Shown: one piece after another, positions 18,767 to 28,007 of the stretch
Layout: each line of letters begins with the position of its first letter
Position numbering within the stretch: the first letter of the stretch is position 1
Source: Halarcobacter sp.
GTDB lineage: Bacteria; Campylobacterota; Campylobacteria; Campylobacterales; Arcobacteraceae
Reading direction: 5' to 3'
DNA length: 64,000 bases
Assembly: GCA_963676565.1 (NCBI GenBank)
Contig: OY781089.1
Coordinates: forward strand, 1,792,001 to 1,856,000
The notes under the pieces: model-generated
Seen by the model: the letters and a program-made list of their open reading frames with translations, nothing else
Told to the model about the DNA's origin: nothing
The model's database searches: none
Position numbers and translations under genes: made by a program

Positions 18767-19762
18767 ATGAAAACAGTTACATTAGCCCATGGAAATGGTG
18801 GACAAGAAAATAATGAACTCATATCAAAGGTTTTTTATAAAGCTTTTAAAAATGATATTTTAGAAAAAAGTGAAGATGCTGCAGTTATCCAAAATGGTAC
18901 ATTGGCTTTTTCAACTGATTCTTTTACAGTTAGTCCAATAGAGTTCGCTGGTGCAGATATTGGAAAACTAGCAGTTTGTGGAACTTGTAATGACTTAGCT
19001 ATGATGGGGGCAAAACCAAAATATTTAACTTGTAGTGTTATTATTGAAGAGGGTTTCGAAGTTGAAACATTAAAAAGAATTGTAAATAGTATGAAAATAG
19101 AATTGGAAAAAAATGGCGCTCATGTTGTTTCTGGAGATACAAAAGTGGTACCACGAGGAAGTGTTGATAAAATTTTTATAAATACAACTGGAATTGGTGA
19201 AATTAAACAAAAAGGTATCTCTTCAAATAATATTTTAGAAGATGATGTGATTATTGTTTCAAATTCAGTTGGAAAACATGGTGCAACAATATTTGCAGCA
19301 AGAGAAGGTATTGATTTCTCATCTTCATTGGAATCGGATTGTGCTTCTCTTTGGCCAGTTGTAGAAAAACTTATTGAAAGTGGTATAAAAATTAGAGCCT
19401 TAAGAGATGCAACAAGAGGTGGTGTTAGTGCTGTACTTAATGAGTGGGCAAAGCAATCAAATATCTGTGTTGAAATTGATGAAGAAAAGATTCCCGTAAC
19501 TGATGAGGTTAATGGAGTTTGTGAAATGCTTGGCTTTGAAGCATTAAGTTTAGCAAATGAGGGTACCTTTGTCATGGCTATTTCAAAAGACCAAGTTGAA
19601 AAAGCAATGGATATTTTAAAATCGATTGATACTTCAAAAGAAGCAACTATTCTTGGAACAGTAAGTTCTAAACATCTAGGAAAAGTTGTGTTAAACTCTC
19701 CTTGGGGTACAGCTAGATTTATTGATTTGCCAACTGGTGAATTGTTACCAAGGATTTGTTAA
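18767..19762 (+). CDS. hypE: Carbamoyl dehydratase HypE
   Basis: LAHGNGG, GDTKVV, RDATRGG, ANEG, terminal LPRIC. Confidence 0.98.
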   Translation: MKTVTLAHGNGGQENNELISKVFYKAFKNDILEKSEDAAVIQNGTLAFSTDSFTVSPIEFAGADIGKLAVCGTCNDLAMMGAKPKYLTCSVIIEEGFEVETLKRIVNSMKIELEKNGAHVVSGDTKVVPRGSVDKIFINTTGIGEIKQKGISSNNILEDDVIIVSNSVGKHGATIFAAREGIDFSSSLESDCASLWPVVEKLIESGIKIRALRDATRGGVSAVLNEWAKQSNICVEIDEEKIPVTDEVNGVCEMLGFEALSLANEGTFVMAISKDQVEKAMDILKSIDTSKEATILGTVSSKHLGKVVLNSPWGTARFIDLPTGELLPRIC

Positions 19763-20103
19763 TGCATGAGTACTCAATAGTTCAATCTTTATTAGAAACA
19801 TGTGAAGAACATGCAAGACAAAATGACTCAAAACAAGTGACAAAAGTAATTGTTAAAATTGGAGTTTTATCTGGAGTAGAACCAGATTTACTTCAAACTG
19901 CCTTTGATACTTTTAAAGAAAAGACTGTTTGTGATGGTGCAGAATTTATTATTAATCATCAAAAAGTAGTCATTTCCTGTACTAATTGCCAAGAAGAATC
20001 TACATTAGAAAAACATGAATTTTCTTGTCCTAAATGTGAATCTACTCAAGTGAAAGTTATTGATGGTGAAGATATGTATTTAATGTCCCTTGAAATGGAA
20101 TAG
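19762..20103 (+). CDS. hypA: Nickel metallochaperone HypA
   Basis: MHEYS, CTNC/CPKC, C-terminal GEDMYLMSLEME; ATG overlaps the hypE stop. Confidence 0.97.
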   Translation: MHEYSIVQSLLETCEEHARQNDSKQVTKVIVKIGVLSGVEPDLLQTAFDTFKEKTVCDGAEFIINHQKVVISCTNCQEESTLEKHEFSCPKCESTQVKVIDGEDMYLMSLEME

Positions 20104-20162
20104 CCTATAAGCCCCCAAAATATGGGATTTAGTAAAAGTATAAATAACAAATTCCTCTAAAA

Positions 20163-20197
20163 TGTAGTATATTTTAATATCATTTGTAGTATATTTT
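20163..20197 (+). repeat. Direct repeat TGTAGTATATTTT x2 (22-bp period)
   Basis: Exact 13-mers at 20163-20175 and 20185-20197. Confidence 0.8.
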
Positions 20198-20240
20198 TTA
20201 CCGATTTAAATTTTTTAAAGCTTTAATATCAGGATAGTAT

Positions 20241-21785
20241 ATGACTCAAGAAGAATTAGCTTCATTACAAAAAAAGATTGATGAATCATTAGATACAAAA
20301 GATATTAATGAAATAAACAAAATCATTTCAGAAATTGAAAATAATATTGATTCAATAGATGATTTACATATGAAAACCAATTTATATTATTTGTTAGGAA
20401 ATTGCTATCGTGAGTTACACGATATTAAAAATGATGAAGATAATTCTACTATCTGGCATTATGAACAAAAGAATTTATTTAAAAGTATTTATTTTTATAG
20501 AAAATCAATAAGTGAAGAAAAATTTGAAGACTTTCAACTGCAATTGAAAGTGGGTCTTTTAACAAATCTTGCAAATTCCTTTAGTCATTATGGGAGACCT
20601 ATTGAAGCATTAAGATATTATAATCTTGCATTACTTGAAGATAAAAAAGAAAAAGTTTTAAAGAATAATAGCTATTTATATCCAAACTATTTTATGCTAT
20701 TGGCTAATAAAGGATGGTGTTTTCAAAACTATTCTAAGATAATATACGATAATTCTCATTCCCATTTACTTAACAAAGAGGCATATAGTTTTTTTCAAAA
20801 AGCAATTAAAAAGGTAGCTTTTTTTATTGAAAATACTAATTATGAATTTAGTTATGACTATTATAAGGAATTTAAAAATATTTTAGAAAGTAATTGTACT
20901 AGTTTAGAAAAATTTTATGGATTAGATTTTTTAAATAAAGATGAAAACTATAATGAGTACGAACTTTCAGAAAATGAAAATGAATCAAAATATCAAAAAT
21001 GGTGTTTACTTAATCAATTATATTTAAATCCAATGAATGATTTAGGAAATATAAATATTGCTGCACACGATATATTAGGATTACCAAATTTAAAAACTCC
21101 AATAAAAAATGGTTTTCCAATTTATATAACTTATTTCAATCAAATAAAACAAGAATTTATATTTAATAGAAGTCTTTTATTTGAAGGATTAAACAAGTTA
21201 ACTGAAAATTTTTATGATAATGATAAGAATATAATTGATGATTTTGATTATAACTTGTTTAATATGGATATTGAAAAAATTAAAATTGTATTTAGAGGCT
21301 TTTATGGTTTATTTGACAAAATTGCATATTTATTAAATGAATATTTGGAGTTAGGTTGGGATGATAGAAATATTGATTTTAATAAAATTTGGAAAAACCC
21401 AAATAACAAAAAACAATTAAGTTTAAAGCTTTTAAGTTTAGAGAATTATGCAATTAGAGGATTATATTTAATTAATAAAGATATATCATTTAATACTGAT
21501 GAAGAATTTGAGCAATCATTAGAACCTTATTCTAAAGATATGGCAAAAATAAGAAATCATTTGGAACATAAATTTTTAATGGTGAAGATTCTTAAACCTA
21601 TTAGAGATAATGATAGGGAGAGAAAATATTATCAAATCATAGAAGATGAATTAATTGAAAAAACAATAAGACTTGCTCAACTTGCAAGAGAAGCAATAAT
21701 TTATACTTCATTAGCAATTTACATTGAAGAAGAAAAAAAATATAAAGATGAATTAGTAATAGAACGGAAGTTAAATATTTATTAA
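20241..21785 (+). CDS. TPR + LA2681-like HEPN domain protein (predicted RNase/defence effector)
   Basis: TPR-like helices (YYLLGNCY, TNLANSFSHYGRPIEALRYY); LYLNPMND, FNQIKQEF, FDKIAY and HEPN Rx4H motif RNHLEH. Confidence 0.8.
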   Translation: MTQEELASLQKKIDESLDTKDINEINKIISEIENNIDSIDDLHMKTNLYYLLGNCYRELHDIKNDEDNSTIWHYEQKNLFKSIYFYRKSISEEKFEDFQLQLKVGLLTNLANSFSHYGRPIEALRYYNLALLEDKKEKVLKNNSYLYPNYFMLLANKGWCFQNYSKIIYDNSHSHLLNKEAYSFFQKAIKKVAFFIENTNYEFSYDYYKEFKNILESNCTSLEKFYGLDFLNKDENYNEYELSENENESKYQKWCLLNQLYLNPMNDLGNINIAAHDILGLPNLKTPIKNGFPIYITYFNQIKQEFIFNRSLLFEGLNKLTENFYDNDKNIIDDFDYNLFNMDIEKIKIVFRGFYGLFDKIAYLLNEYLELGWDDRNIDFNKIWKNPNNKKQLSLKLLSLENYAIRGLYLINKDISFNTDEEFEQSLEPYSKDMAKIRNHLEHKFLMVKILKPIRDNDRERKYYQIIEDELIEKTIRLAQLAREAIIYTSLAIYIEEEKKYKDELVIERKLNIY

Positions 21786-21806
21786 TAATAACTAAAAAAA
21801 GTGAAT

Positions 21807-21841
21807 AGTAGTATATGTTTTTTATGAATGTCGTATAAATT
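21807..21841 (+). repeat. Degenerate direct repeats AGTAGTATAT / TGTCGTATAA (22-bp period)
   Basis: Copies at 21807 and 21829 match the left-end repeat consensus WGTMGTATA. Confidence 0.5.
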
Positions 21842-21921
21842 AGTAGTTTTTCTTATAATTTTGAATATTTAAAGAAACAAATCCCTTAACAAAAGGAATT
21901 AAAGATATGTTTACATCAGTT

Positions 21922-21954
21922 GATATGTTTCTTATGAGCTTGGAGATGGAATAA
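21922..21954 (+). pseudogene. Displaced second copy of the hypA 3' end (DMFLMSLEME-stop)
   Basis: 9/10 aa and 24/33 nt identical to hypA 20071-20103, stop codon in the same register. Confidence 0.8.
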
Positions 21955-22046
21955 CTTAAGAAAGAAAATTAAAAAATACAATTAATATATAACTATCATG
22001 TTATTTTGTTATAATAATTGCCAAAGTGCCTAATAAAGGGTTCTCT

Positions 22047-23951
22047 ATGAGCAAAATAACATTAAAAAAACTTATATATAAAAATTATTTAAAAACAGCA
22101 TTAACTTCAATCTTATTTATTGAAATTATGCTTGTTTTTTTATATTTTAGTTCAAATAAAAGGGTTGTTAATTCAACTGTTGATTTTGCATTAAACGACT
22201 TGAAATTAAGTGTTTTAGATAGAGTTAATTCCACAACCTCTATTATTAATGAAAAATTTAACAACCTTGAAAATCAAGCAGCTCTTTTACAAAATGAACA
22301 TCAAAACTTCTTTTTATATAAAGATAATATAACTATAAATAATAAACCAAAGTTTGGTTTTGCATCTAATGGAATGTATTATAAAACTGAAAATAATGGA
22401 GGTTCATCAGTTGTAGTCTCAAAAAATACAACAATTGATAAAAACTTAAAAGATAAACTTACAAAAACAGAGATTTTTGATAAAAACTTTAAATCTATAG
22501 TTAGTAACAATAAAATAGTAGAAGCTGTATACTTTAATTCATATGATGATATTTGTAGATATTATCCATTTTTAGAAGATAGTTTTAATGTTTTCCCCTC
22601 TGATATAAAAATGGAAAACTATAATTTTTATTATGAAGCTGATAAAAAACATAATCCTAAAAAAGAACCAGTATGGACTGATGTTTATTTAGATCCTGCA
22701 GGTAAAGGTTGGATGATTAGTTTAATTGCACCTATTTATAAAAATGACTTTTTAGAAGGTGTAACTGGAATTGATGTAACACTATCTACAATTATTGATA
22801 CTCTTTTGAGTCTTAAACTTCCTTTTGATGGCTCATCAATGATATTGAATAAAGATGGAGATATTGTTGTAATGGGTGAAAAAATGGAAGGTTTTTTGAA
22901 AATAAAAGAAAACTACACATATGATTACAAAAATAAAAAAATTGAAAAAACAGTCTTAAAAAATGACAAAAGCAACATACTTAATTATAAAGATAAAAAT
23001 TTTGTGGAAGTATTAAAAAATGTAATTGGGAATAAATCATATCCCTATGAAATTACTTTAAATGAAAAAAAATATATGTTATTTATTAAAAAAATTGAGA
23101 TTACCGATTGGTTTTTAATTTCACTTATTCCAGAAGAAAATATTATATCCGAGGTAAAAAAACTAGAAGAGCAAAATCTATATTTAGGATATTTTATTAT
23201 TGGTTTTATTATAGTCTTTTATATTTTGTTCTTTATATATTTATATAAAAAAGCAAAAAACTTTGTAGAAACAATAAATAATCCTCTTTTAAAAATAGTA
23301 TATTTTACAAAATTCCTTGGAAGTAAAAAAAATATAAAGCAATTAGAACATTGCGGAATAGAAGAGATTGATTCTTTAAATGACAACTTTAATAATCTTG
23401 CCCAAGAATTAGATAAAAGAACAAAAAGACTTATTCAATCTGAAAGTAAAAGAAAAGAGAATGAAAAACTTGCAAATACGGATCAACTAACAAAGGTTTA
23501 TAATAGAAGATTTTTAGAAGATTTTTCAAATCGTTATATGAAAATTGTAAAAAGAGAACATAATACTTTATCTTTATTACTTATTGATATAGATGATTTT
23601 AAAACTGTAAATGATACTTATGGTCATGATGTTGGTGATAGGGTAATCAAACTTTTAGTTAAAAGACTTAAAACAAGTATACGAGATAATGATATTATTG
23701 TTAGACTTGGTGGTGATGAATTTTTAGTTTTACTTCCAAGTACACCCCTTGAAAATGCCAAAAAAGTTGGTAAAAAAATTTTAGATGTAGTAAATTCTTT
23801 AAATGAATTTGAAAATGAAGAACTTAAATTTACTATAACAATAGGTTCATCAGAGTATAAAAAAAGTGATTTACATATCAATGAAATGATCAATAGAGCT
23901 GATAATGCTTTGTATAAAGCAAAAAAACTTGGGAAAAATCAGGTTATATAG
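22047..23951 (+). CDS. dCache-sensor diguanylate cyclase
   Basis: TM, Cache motif WTDVYLDPAGKG, TM, HAMP-like linker, RLGGDEF with RDND I-site; TGTTATAAT promoter at 22007-22015. Confidence 0.9.
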   Translation: MSKITLKKLIYKNYLKTALTSILFIEIMLVFLYFSSNKRVVNSTVDFALNDLKLSVLDRVNSTTSIINEKFNNLENQAALLQNEHQNFFLYKDNITINNKPKFGFASNGMYYKTENNGGSSVVVSKNTTIDKNLKDKLTKTEIFDKNFKSIVSNNKIVEAVYFNSYDDICRYYPFLEDSFNVFPSDIKMENYNFYYEADKKHNPKKEPVWTDVYLDPAGKGWMISLIAPIYKNDFLEGVTGIDVTLSTIIDTLLSLKLPFDGSSMILNKDGDIVVMGEKMEGFLKIKENYTYDYKNKKIEKTVLKNDKSNILNYKDKNFVEVLKNVIGNKSYPYEITLNEKKYMLFIKKIEITDWFLISLIPEENIISEVKKLEEQNLYLGYFIIGFIIVFYILFFIYLYKKAKNFVETINNPLLKIVYFTKFLGSKKNIKQLEHCGIEEIDSLNDNFNNLAQELDKRTKRLIQSESKRKENEKLANTDQLTKVYNRRFLEDFSNRYMKIVKREHNTLSLLLIDIDDFKTVNDTYGHDVGDRVIKLLVKRLKTSIRDNDIIVRLGGDEFLVLLPSTPLENAKKVGKKILDVVNSLNEFENEELKFTITIGSSEYKKSDLHINEMINRADNALYKAKKLGKNQVI

Positions 23952-24048
23952 AACTATTTTTTTACAACTTTTTTATAATTTATACACAATTTATCAAAAT
24001 TTTTTGTTTTTATATGCTAATATTTAATATATTTTTTAAGGAGTGTGA

Positions 24049-25164
24049 ATGAAAAAATTAATTAGTTTAGCTGTTGCTTCTGCATTAACTTGTGGAATTG
24101 CATTAGCAAAAGAGGTTAAAGTTGGTGCTGTAATGCCTATGTCTGGACCACTTGCAGCTTATGGACAAGTTACATATTTAGGTTTGGAATTAGCGAATAA
24201 ATTACAACCAACATTAGCTAATGGTGATACAGTGAAAATTGTATTAGTAGATAATAAAGGTGATAAGGTTGAAACTGCAACTGCAACAACAAGACTTATC
24301 TCTTCTGATAAAGTTACTGCTATTTTAGGAGCTTTAACATCAACAAATACTGCTCAAACAATTGCAATTGCTGACAAGAAAAAAGTACCTGTTATTGCTT
24401 CTGTTGCAACTAATGATAAATTAACTGCAAAAAGAGAATATGCAAATAGAGTTTGTTTTACTGACTCTTTCCAAGGTGAAGTTGTTGCAAATTATGCAAA
24501 AGATCAAGGTTACAAAACTGCAGTTGTTATTGTTGACCAAGCACAAGTATATTCTTTAGGTCTTGCAAAAGCTTTCCAAAAAGCATTCAAGAAAAATGGT
24601 GGGAAACTACTTAAAAAGATTATGGTAACTTCAGGAGATAAAGATTTTAAAGCTGTTGTTTCTCAAGTTAAATCATTAAATCCTGATTTTATGTTCTTAC
24701 CTTTATATCACCCAGAAGCATCAATGATTGCTAGACAATCTAAACAATTAGGTCTTTCTAAACCAATGTTTAGTGGTGATGGTGTTGCAAACCAAACATT
24801 TATTGATTTAGGTGGAGATTCTGTTGAAGGGTATATGTTTACAGACTTCTTTGATTATTCAAATCCTCCATCAAAAAAATCAGCTGATTTCGTTGCTTTC
24901 CATGAAAAAGAGACTGGTAAAAAAGAGATGAATTCATTTACTGCATTAGGAGCAGATACTTATAATGTATTAATTGCTGCAATGAACAGATGTGAAGATC
25001 CAACTGACTCAGTATGCGTAAACAAAGAGATTAAAAATACAACAAACTTTGATGGTGTATCTGGTTCAATTACTATAGATAAAGATGGTAATGCAACTAG
25101 ATCGGCAGTTATCAAAGAGATTAAAGAAGGAAAAGCAGGCTTCAAAGCTACTGTTAATCCATAA
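24049..25164 (+). CDS. livK: Branched-chain amino acid ABC transporter substrate-binding protein
   Basis: Signal peptide, VGAVMPMSGP, RVCFTDSFQG; heads the liv operon. Confidence 0.88.
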   Translation: MKKLISLAVASALTCGIALAKEVKVGAVMPMSGPLAAYGQVTYLGLELANKLQPTLANGDTVKIVLVDNKGDKVETATATTRLISSDKVTAILGALTSTNTAQTIAIADKKKVPVIASVATNDKLTAKREYANRVCFTDSFQGEVVANYAKDQGYKTAVVIVDQAQVYSLGLAKAFQKAFKKNGGKLLKKIMVTSGDKDFKAVVSQVKSLNPDFMFLPLYHPEASMIARQSKQLGLSKPMFSGDGVANQTFIDLGGDSVEGYMFTDFFDYSNPPSKKSADFVAFHEKETGKKEMNSFTALGADTYNVLIAAMNRCEDPTDSVCVNKEIKNTTNFDGVSGSITIDKDGNATRSAVIKEIKEGKAGFKATVNP

Positions 25165-25183
25165 TTAGTTTTTTATTGTTTAT

Positions 25184-25218
25184 AAAGTCTAGCAAGCTTT
25201 TTGCTAGACTTTTTTTTT
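25184..25218 (+). terminator. Terminator or stabilising hairpin between livK and livH
   Basis: AAAGTCTAGCAA/TTGCTAGACTTT stem plus T-run. Confidence 0.8.
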
Positions 25219-25297
25219 ATCTTTTTATCATAAGAAAAGTAAAAGACTATTTCTTTTCTTATGGTAAAAGTTTTTTAATTAAATTTTTGGAGACTTA

Positions 25298-26194
25298 ATG
25301 GATATTTTAACGTTTATGCAACAAATGGTAAATGGGTTCTCTTTAGGATCTATGTATGCCTTGATTGCAATAGGTTATACAATGGTATACGGTGTATTAA
25401 GGTTAATAAACTTTGCACATGGTGATATTATGATGGTTGGTGCCTTTTTAGGTTATTTATTTATGGCTGTATTTGAATTGCCATTTGCATTTTCAATTCT
25501 TTTAGCTGTTGGTATTTCAGCTGCTTTAGGTATGTTAATGGACAAAATTGCCTATAAACCTTTAAGGGAAGCTCCAAAAATTTCATTACTTATTACAGCA
25601 ATTGGTATCTCATTTTTTTTAGAAAATGCTTTTACTGTTTTTGCAGGTGGTGTTCCAAGAGCATTTCCAGTTCCTGCTTATATGGAAAATATCTTTAATG
25701 TTGCTGGTATTACTTTTTCAGTTTCATCTGTTGCAGTTCCTGTTGTAACACTTATTTTATTATCTGCAATTTTATATGTTTTATATAAAACAAAATATGG
25801 TATGGCAATTCGTGCACTTTCATTTGATATTAAAACTGTAAACTTAATGGGTGTTGATGCTAATATGATTATTGCAATTGTTTTTGCACTAGGATCAGCA
25901 CTTGCTGCAGTTGGAGGTTTATTTTGGGCTATTAATTATCCTTCTGTTGAACCTATGATGGGAGTTTTAGTTGGACTTAAAGCTTTCGCTGCTGCTGTTG
26001 TTGGTGGAATTGGTTCAGTAACGGGTGCAGTTTTAGGTGGATTTATTATTGGCTTTACTGAAGTTGTAGTTATTGCATTTTTCCCAGAACTTGGTGGATA
26101 TAAGGATGCCTTTGCCTTTGTCTTTTTAATTCTAGTATTATTATTTAAACCAACTGGAATTATGGGTGAAGATTTAGAAAAGAGTAGGTTTTAA
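25298..26194 (+). CDS. livH: BCAA ABC permease
   Basis: YALIAIGYTMVYG, INFAHG, KAFAAAVVGGIGS. Confidence 0.95.
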   Translation: MDILTFMQQMVNGFSLGSMYALIAIGYTMVYGVLRLINFAHGDIMMVGAFLGYLFMAVFELPFAFSILLAVGISAALGMLMDKIAYKPLREAPKISLLITAIGISFFLENAFTVFAGGVPRAFPVPAYMENIFNVAGITFSVSSVAVPVVTLILLSAILYVLYKTKYGMAIRALSFDIKTVNLMGVDANMIIAIVFALGSALAAVGGLFWAINYPSVEPMMGVLVGLKAFAAAVVGGIGSVTGAVLGGFIIGFTEVVVIAFFPELGGYKDAFAFVFLILVLLFKPTGIMGEDLEKSRF

Positions 26195-26196
26195 TT

Positions 26197-27243
26197 ATGA
26201 TAGAAGATAAAATATTTACAAAACAAAGATTAATTAATCTTGCAATTATAATTACTGCAATTTGGTTTACATGGTTTGCTCAAAACTTTTTTGATGAATA
26301 TACAGTTAGAATTATCAACAATGTTGCGATTTTTATAATTTTAGCAGTTTCATATAACCTAATTAATGGGGTTACTGGACAGTTTTCACTAGAACCAAAT
26401 GGTTTTGTAGCAATTGGTGCTTATGTAGTTGCAATTTTAACAGTTGATGCAGAAGGGATGCTTTATCAATATGATATTGAAGACCCATCAGAATGGATTC
26501 TTGCTATGCAAGCAGAGTTTATTTGGGCCTTATTACTTGCTGGTATTATCTCTGCACTTTTAGCACTATCTTTATCTTTCCCTGTATTTAGAGTAAGGGG
26601 AGATTATCTTGCTATTGTTACACTTGGATTTGGTTTTATTATTAGAATTTTAGCTATTAATAACCCACACATTACAAATGGTTCACTTGGAATTAATGAT
26701 ATCCCTGAATTTTCAAATCTATATTGGACTGGTGGAGCTGCTATTATAACAGTAATGGCCATATTAAATATTATATATTCAAAATATGGACGTGCTATGA
26801 AAGCGGTTAGGGATGATGAAGATGCAGCTACAGCTATGGGTGTTAATACTTTTAAGATAAAAACTTTAGCTTTTACAACTTCAGCATTCTTTGAAGGTAT
26901 TGGTGGTGGTTTATTAGCTGCATTATTAACATCAATTTCACCTGATTTATTTACATTCTTCTTAACATTCCAATTATTAATTATAATTGTTTTAGGTGGT
27001 CTTGGAAGTACAACTGGAGCAATTTTAGGAACTATTTTTGTGATGGCTGGTTTAGAATGGATGAGATTCTTAGATGAACCAATGAATCTATTTGGTTATG
27101 AAACAGAAGGACTTCCTGGAATGAGAATGGTTGTATTCTCTCTTATTTTAATTATTGTAATGCTTTTTGCAAGAGAAGGACTGATGGGTAAAAAAGAACT
27201 TTTCGAATTGAAGTTCTTTAAAAAGAAAAAGGATGTTAAATGA
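26197..27243 (+). CDS. livM: BCAA ABC permease
   Basis: GQFSL, RGDYLAIVTLGF, AVRDDE, VLGGLGS. Confidence 0.93.
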   Translation: MIEDKIFTKQRLINLAIIITAIWFTWFAQNFFDEYTVRIINNVAIFIILAVSYNLINGVTGQFSLEPNGFVAIGAYVVAILTVDAEGMLYQYDIEDPSEWILAMQAEFIWALLLAGIISALLALSLSFPVFRVRGDYLAIVTLGFGFIIRILAINNPHITNGSLGINDIPEFSNLYWTGGAAIITVMAILNIIYSKYGRAMKAVRDDEDAATAMGVNTFKIKTLAFTTSAFFEGIGGGLLAALLTSISPDLFTFFLTFQLLIIIVLGGLGSTTGAILGTIFVMAGLEWMRFLDEPMNLFGYETEGLPGMRMVVFSLILIIVMLFAREGLMGKKELFELKFFKKKKDVK

Positions 27244-28007
27244 TTTTAGAAGTATGTAACGTAACAAAAAAATTTGGTGGTGTTACAGCTATAAAAGATA
27301 CATCTTTTCATGTAAATGCCAAAGAAATTTATGGTTTAATTGGTCCAAATGGTGCTGGTAAAACTACAATGTTTAATATCATTACTGGAAATTATGAGCC
27401 AACTGATGGGCAAATAAAATTTCATGGACAAAGAATTGATGGAATTAAACCCCATAAAATTGTACATAGAGGAATAGCTAGAACATTTCAAAATATTAGA
27501 TTATTTACTTCAATGACTGTACTAGAGAATATTTTGATTGGCTTTGATTATCAAGCAGAGTACACTTACTTAGAAGCTATTTTAAGATTACCTAGGTTTT
27601 TTAAAGAGGAAAAAAGAGTTAAAAAAAGAGCTATAGAGATTATGGAAGTACTTGGAATTGCAGATTATGCCAATGAAATGGCAACTTCTCTTTCATATGG
27701 ACAGCAAAGAAAAGTAGAAATTGCAAGAGCATTAGCTGCTTCTCCTCAGCTTCTTTTATTAGATGAACCAGCTGCTGGTATGAACCCTCAAGAAACTGAT
27801 GAACTAGCAGAGCTTTTCTTTAAAATTAGGGATGAGTTTGATGTTACAATTTTATTAATTGAACATGATATGAAGTTTGTAAATAAACTATGTGATAGAG
27901 TTATGGTTTTAGATTATGGAAAAACAATCTTTGAGGGTGATATTAAAGATGCAATTAAAGATGAAGAAGTTATAAGAGCTTACCTTGGAGATTTTAAACA
28001 TGCTTAG
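27240..28007 (+). CDS. livG: BCAA ABC ATPase
   Basis: GPNGAGKTT, RTFQN, LSYGQQR, LDEPAAG, AYLG. Confidence 0.95.
   Translation: MILEVCNVTKKFGGVTAIKDTSFHVNAKEIYGLIGPNGAGKTTMFNIITGNYEPTDGQIKFHGQRIDGIKPHKIVHRGIARTFQNIRLFTSMTVLENILIGFDYQAEYTYLEAILRLPRFFKEEKRVKKRAIEIMEVLGIADYANEMATSLSYGQQRKVEIARALAASPQLLLLDEPAAGMNPQETDELAELFFKIRDEFDVTILLIEHDMKFVNKLCDRVMVLDYGKTIFEGDIKDAIKDEEVIRAYLGDFKHA

Larger units (their letters stand above)
20071..21928. mobile_element. Putative non-autonomous site-specific integrative cassette inserted in the hypA 3' end
   Basis: 7-bp GATATGT at 20071-20077 and 21922-21928, each followed by an in-frame version of the last hypA codons; end palindromes and paired direct repeats; no integrase inside. 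Confidence 0.65.

Noticed and set aside
21907..21954. 15-aa sORF MFTSVDMFLMSLEME after an AAAGGA SD-like sequence
   Set aside because: Better explained as a by-product of the junction plus displaced hypA end; the AAGGA is part of the end palindrome. Only ribosome profiling could rescue it.
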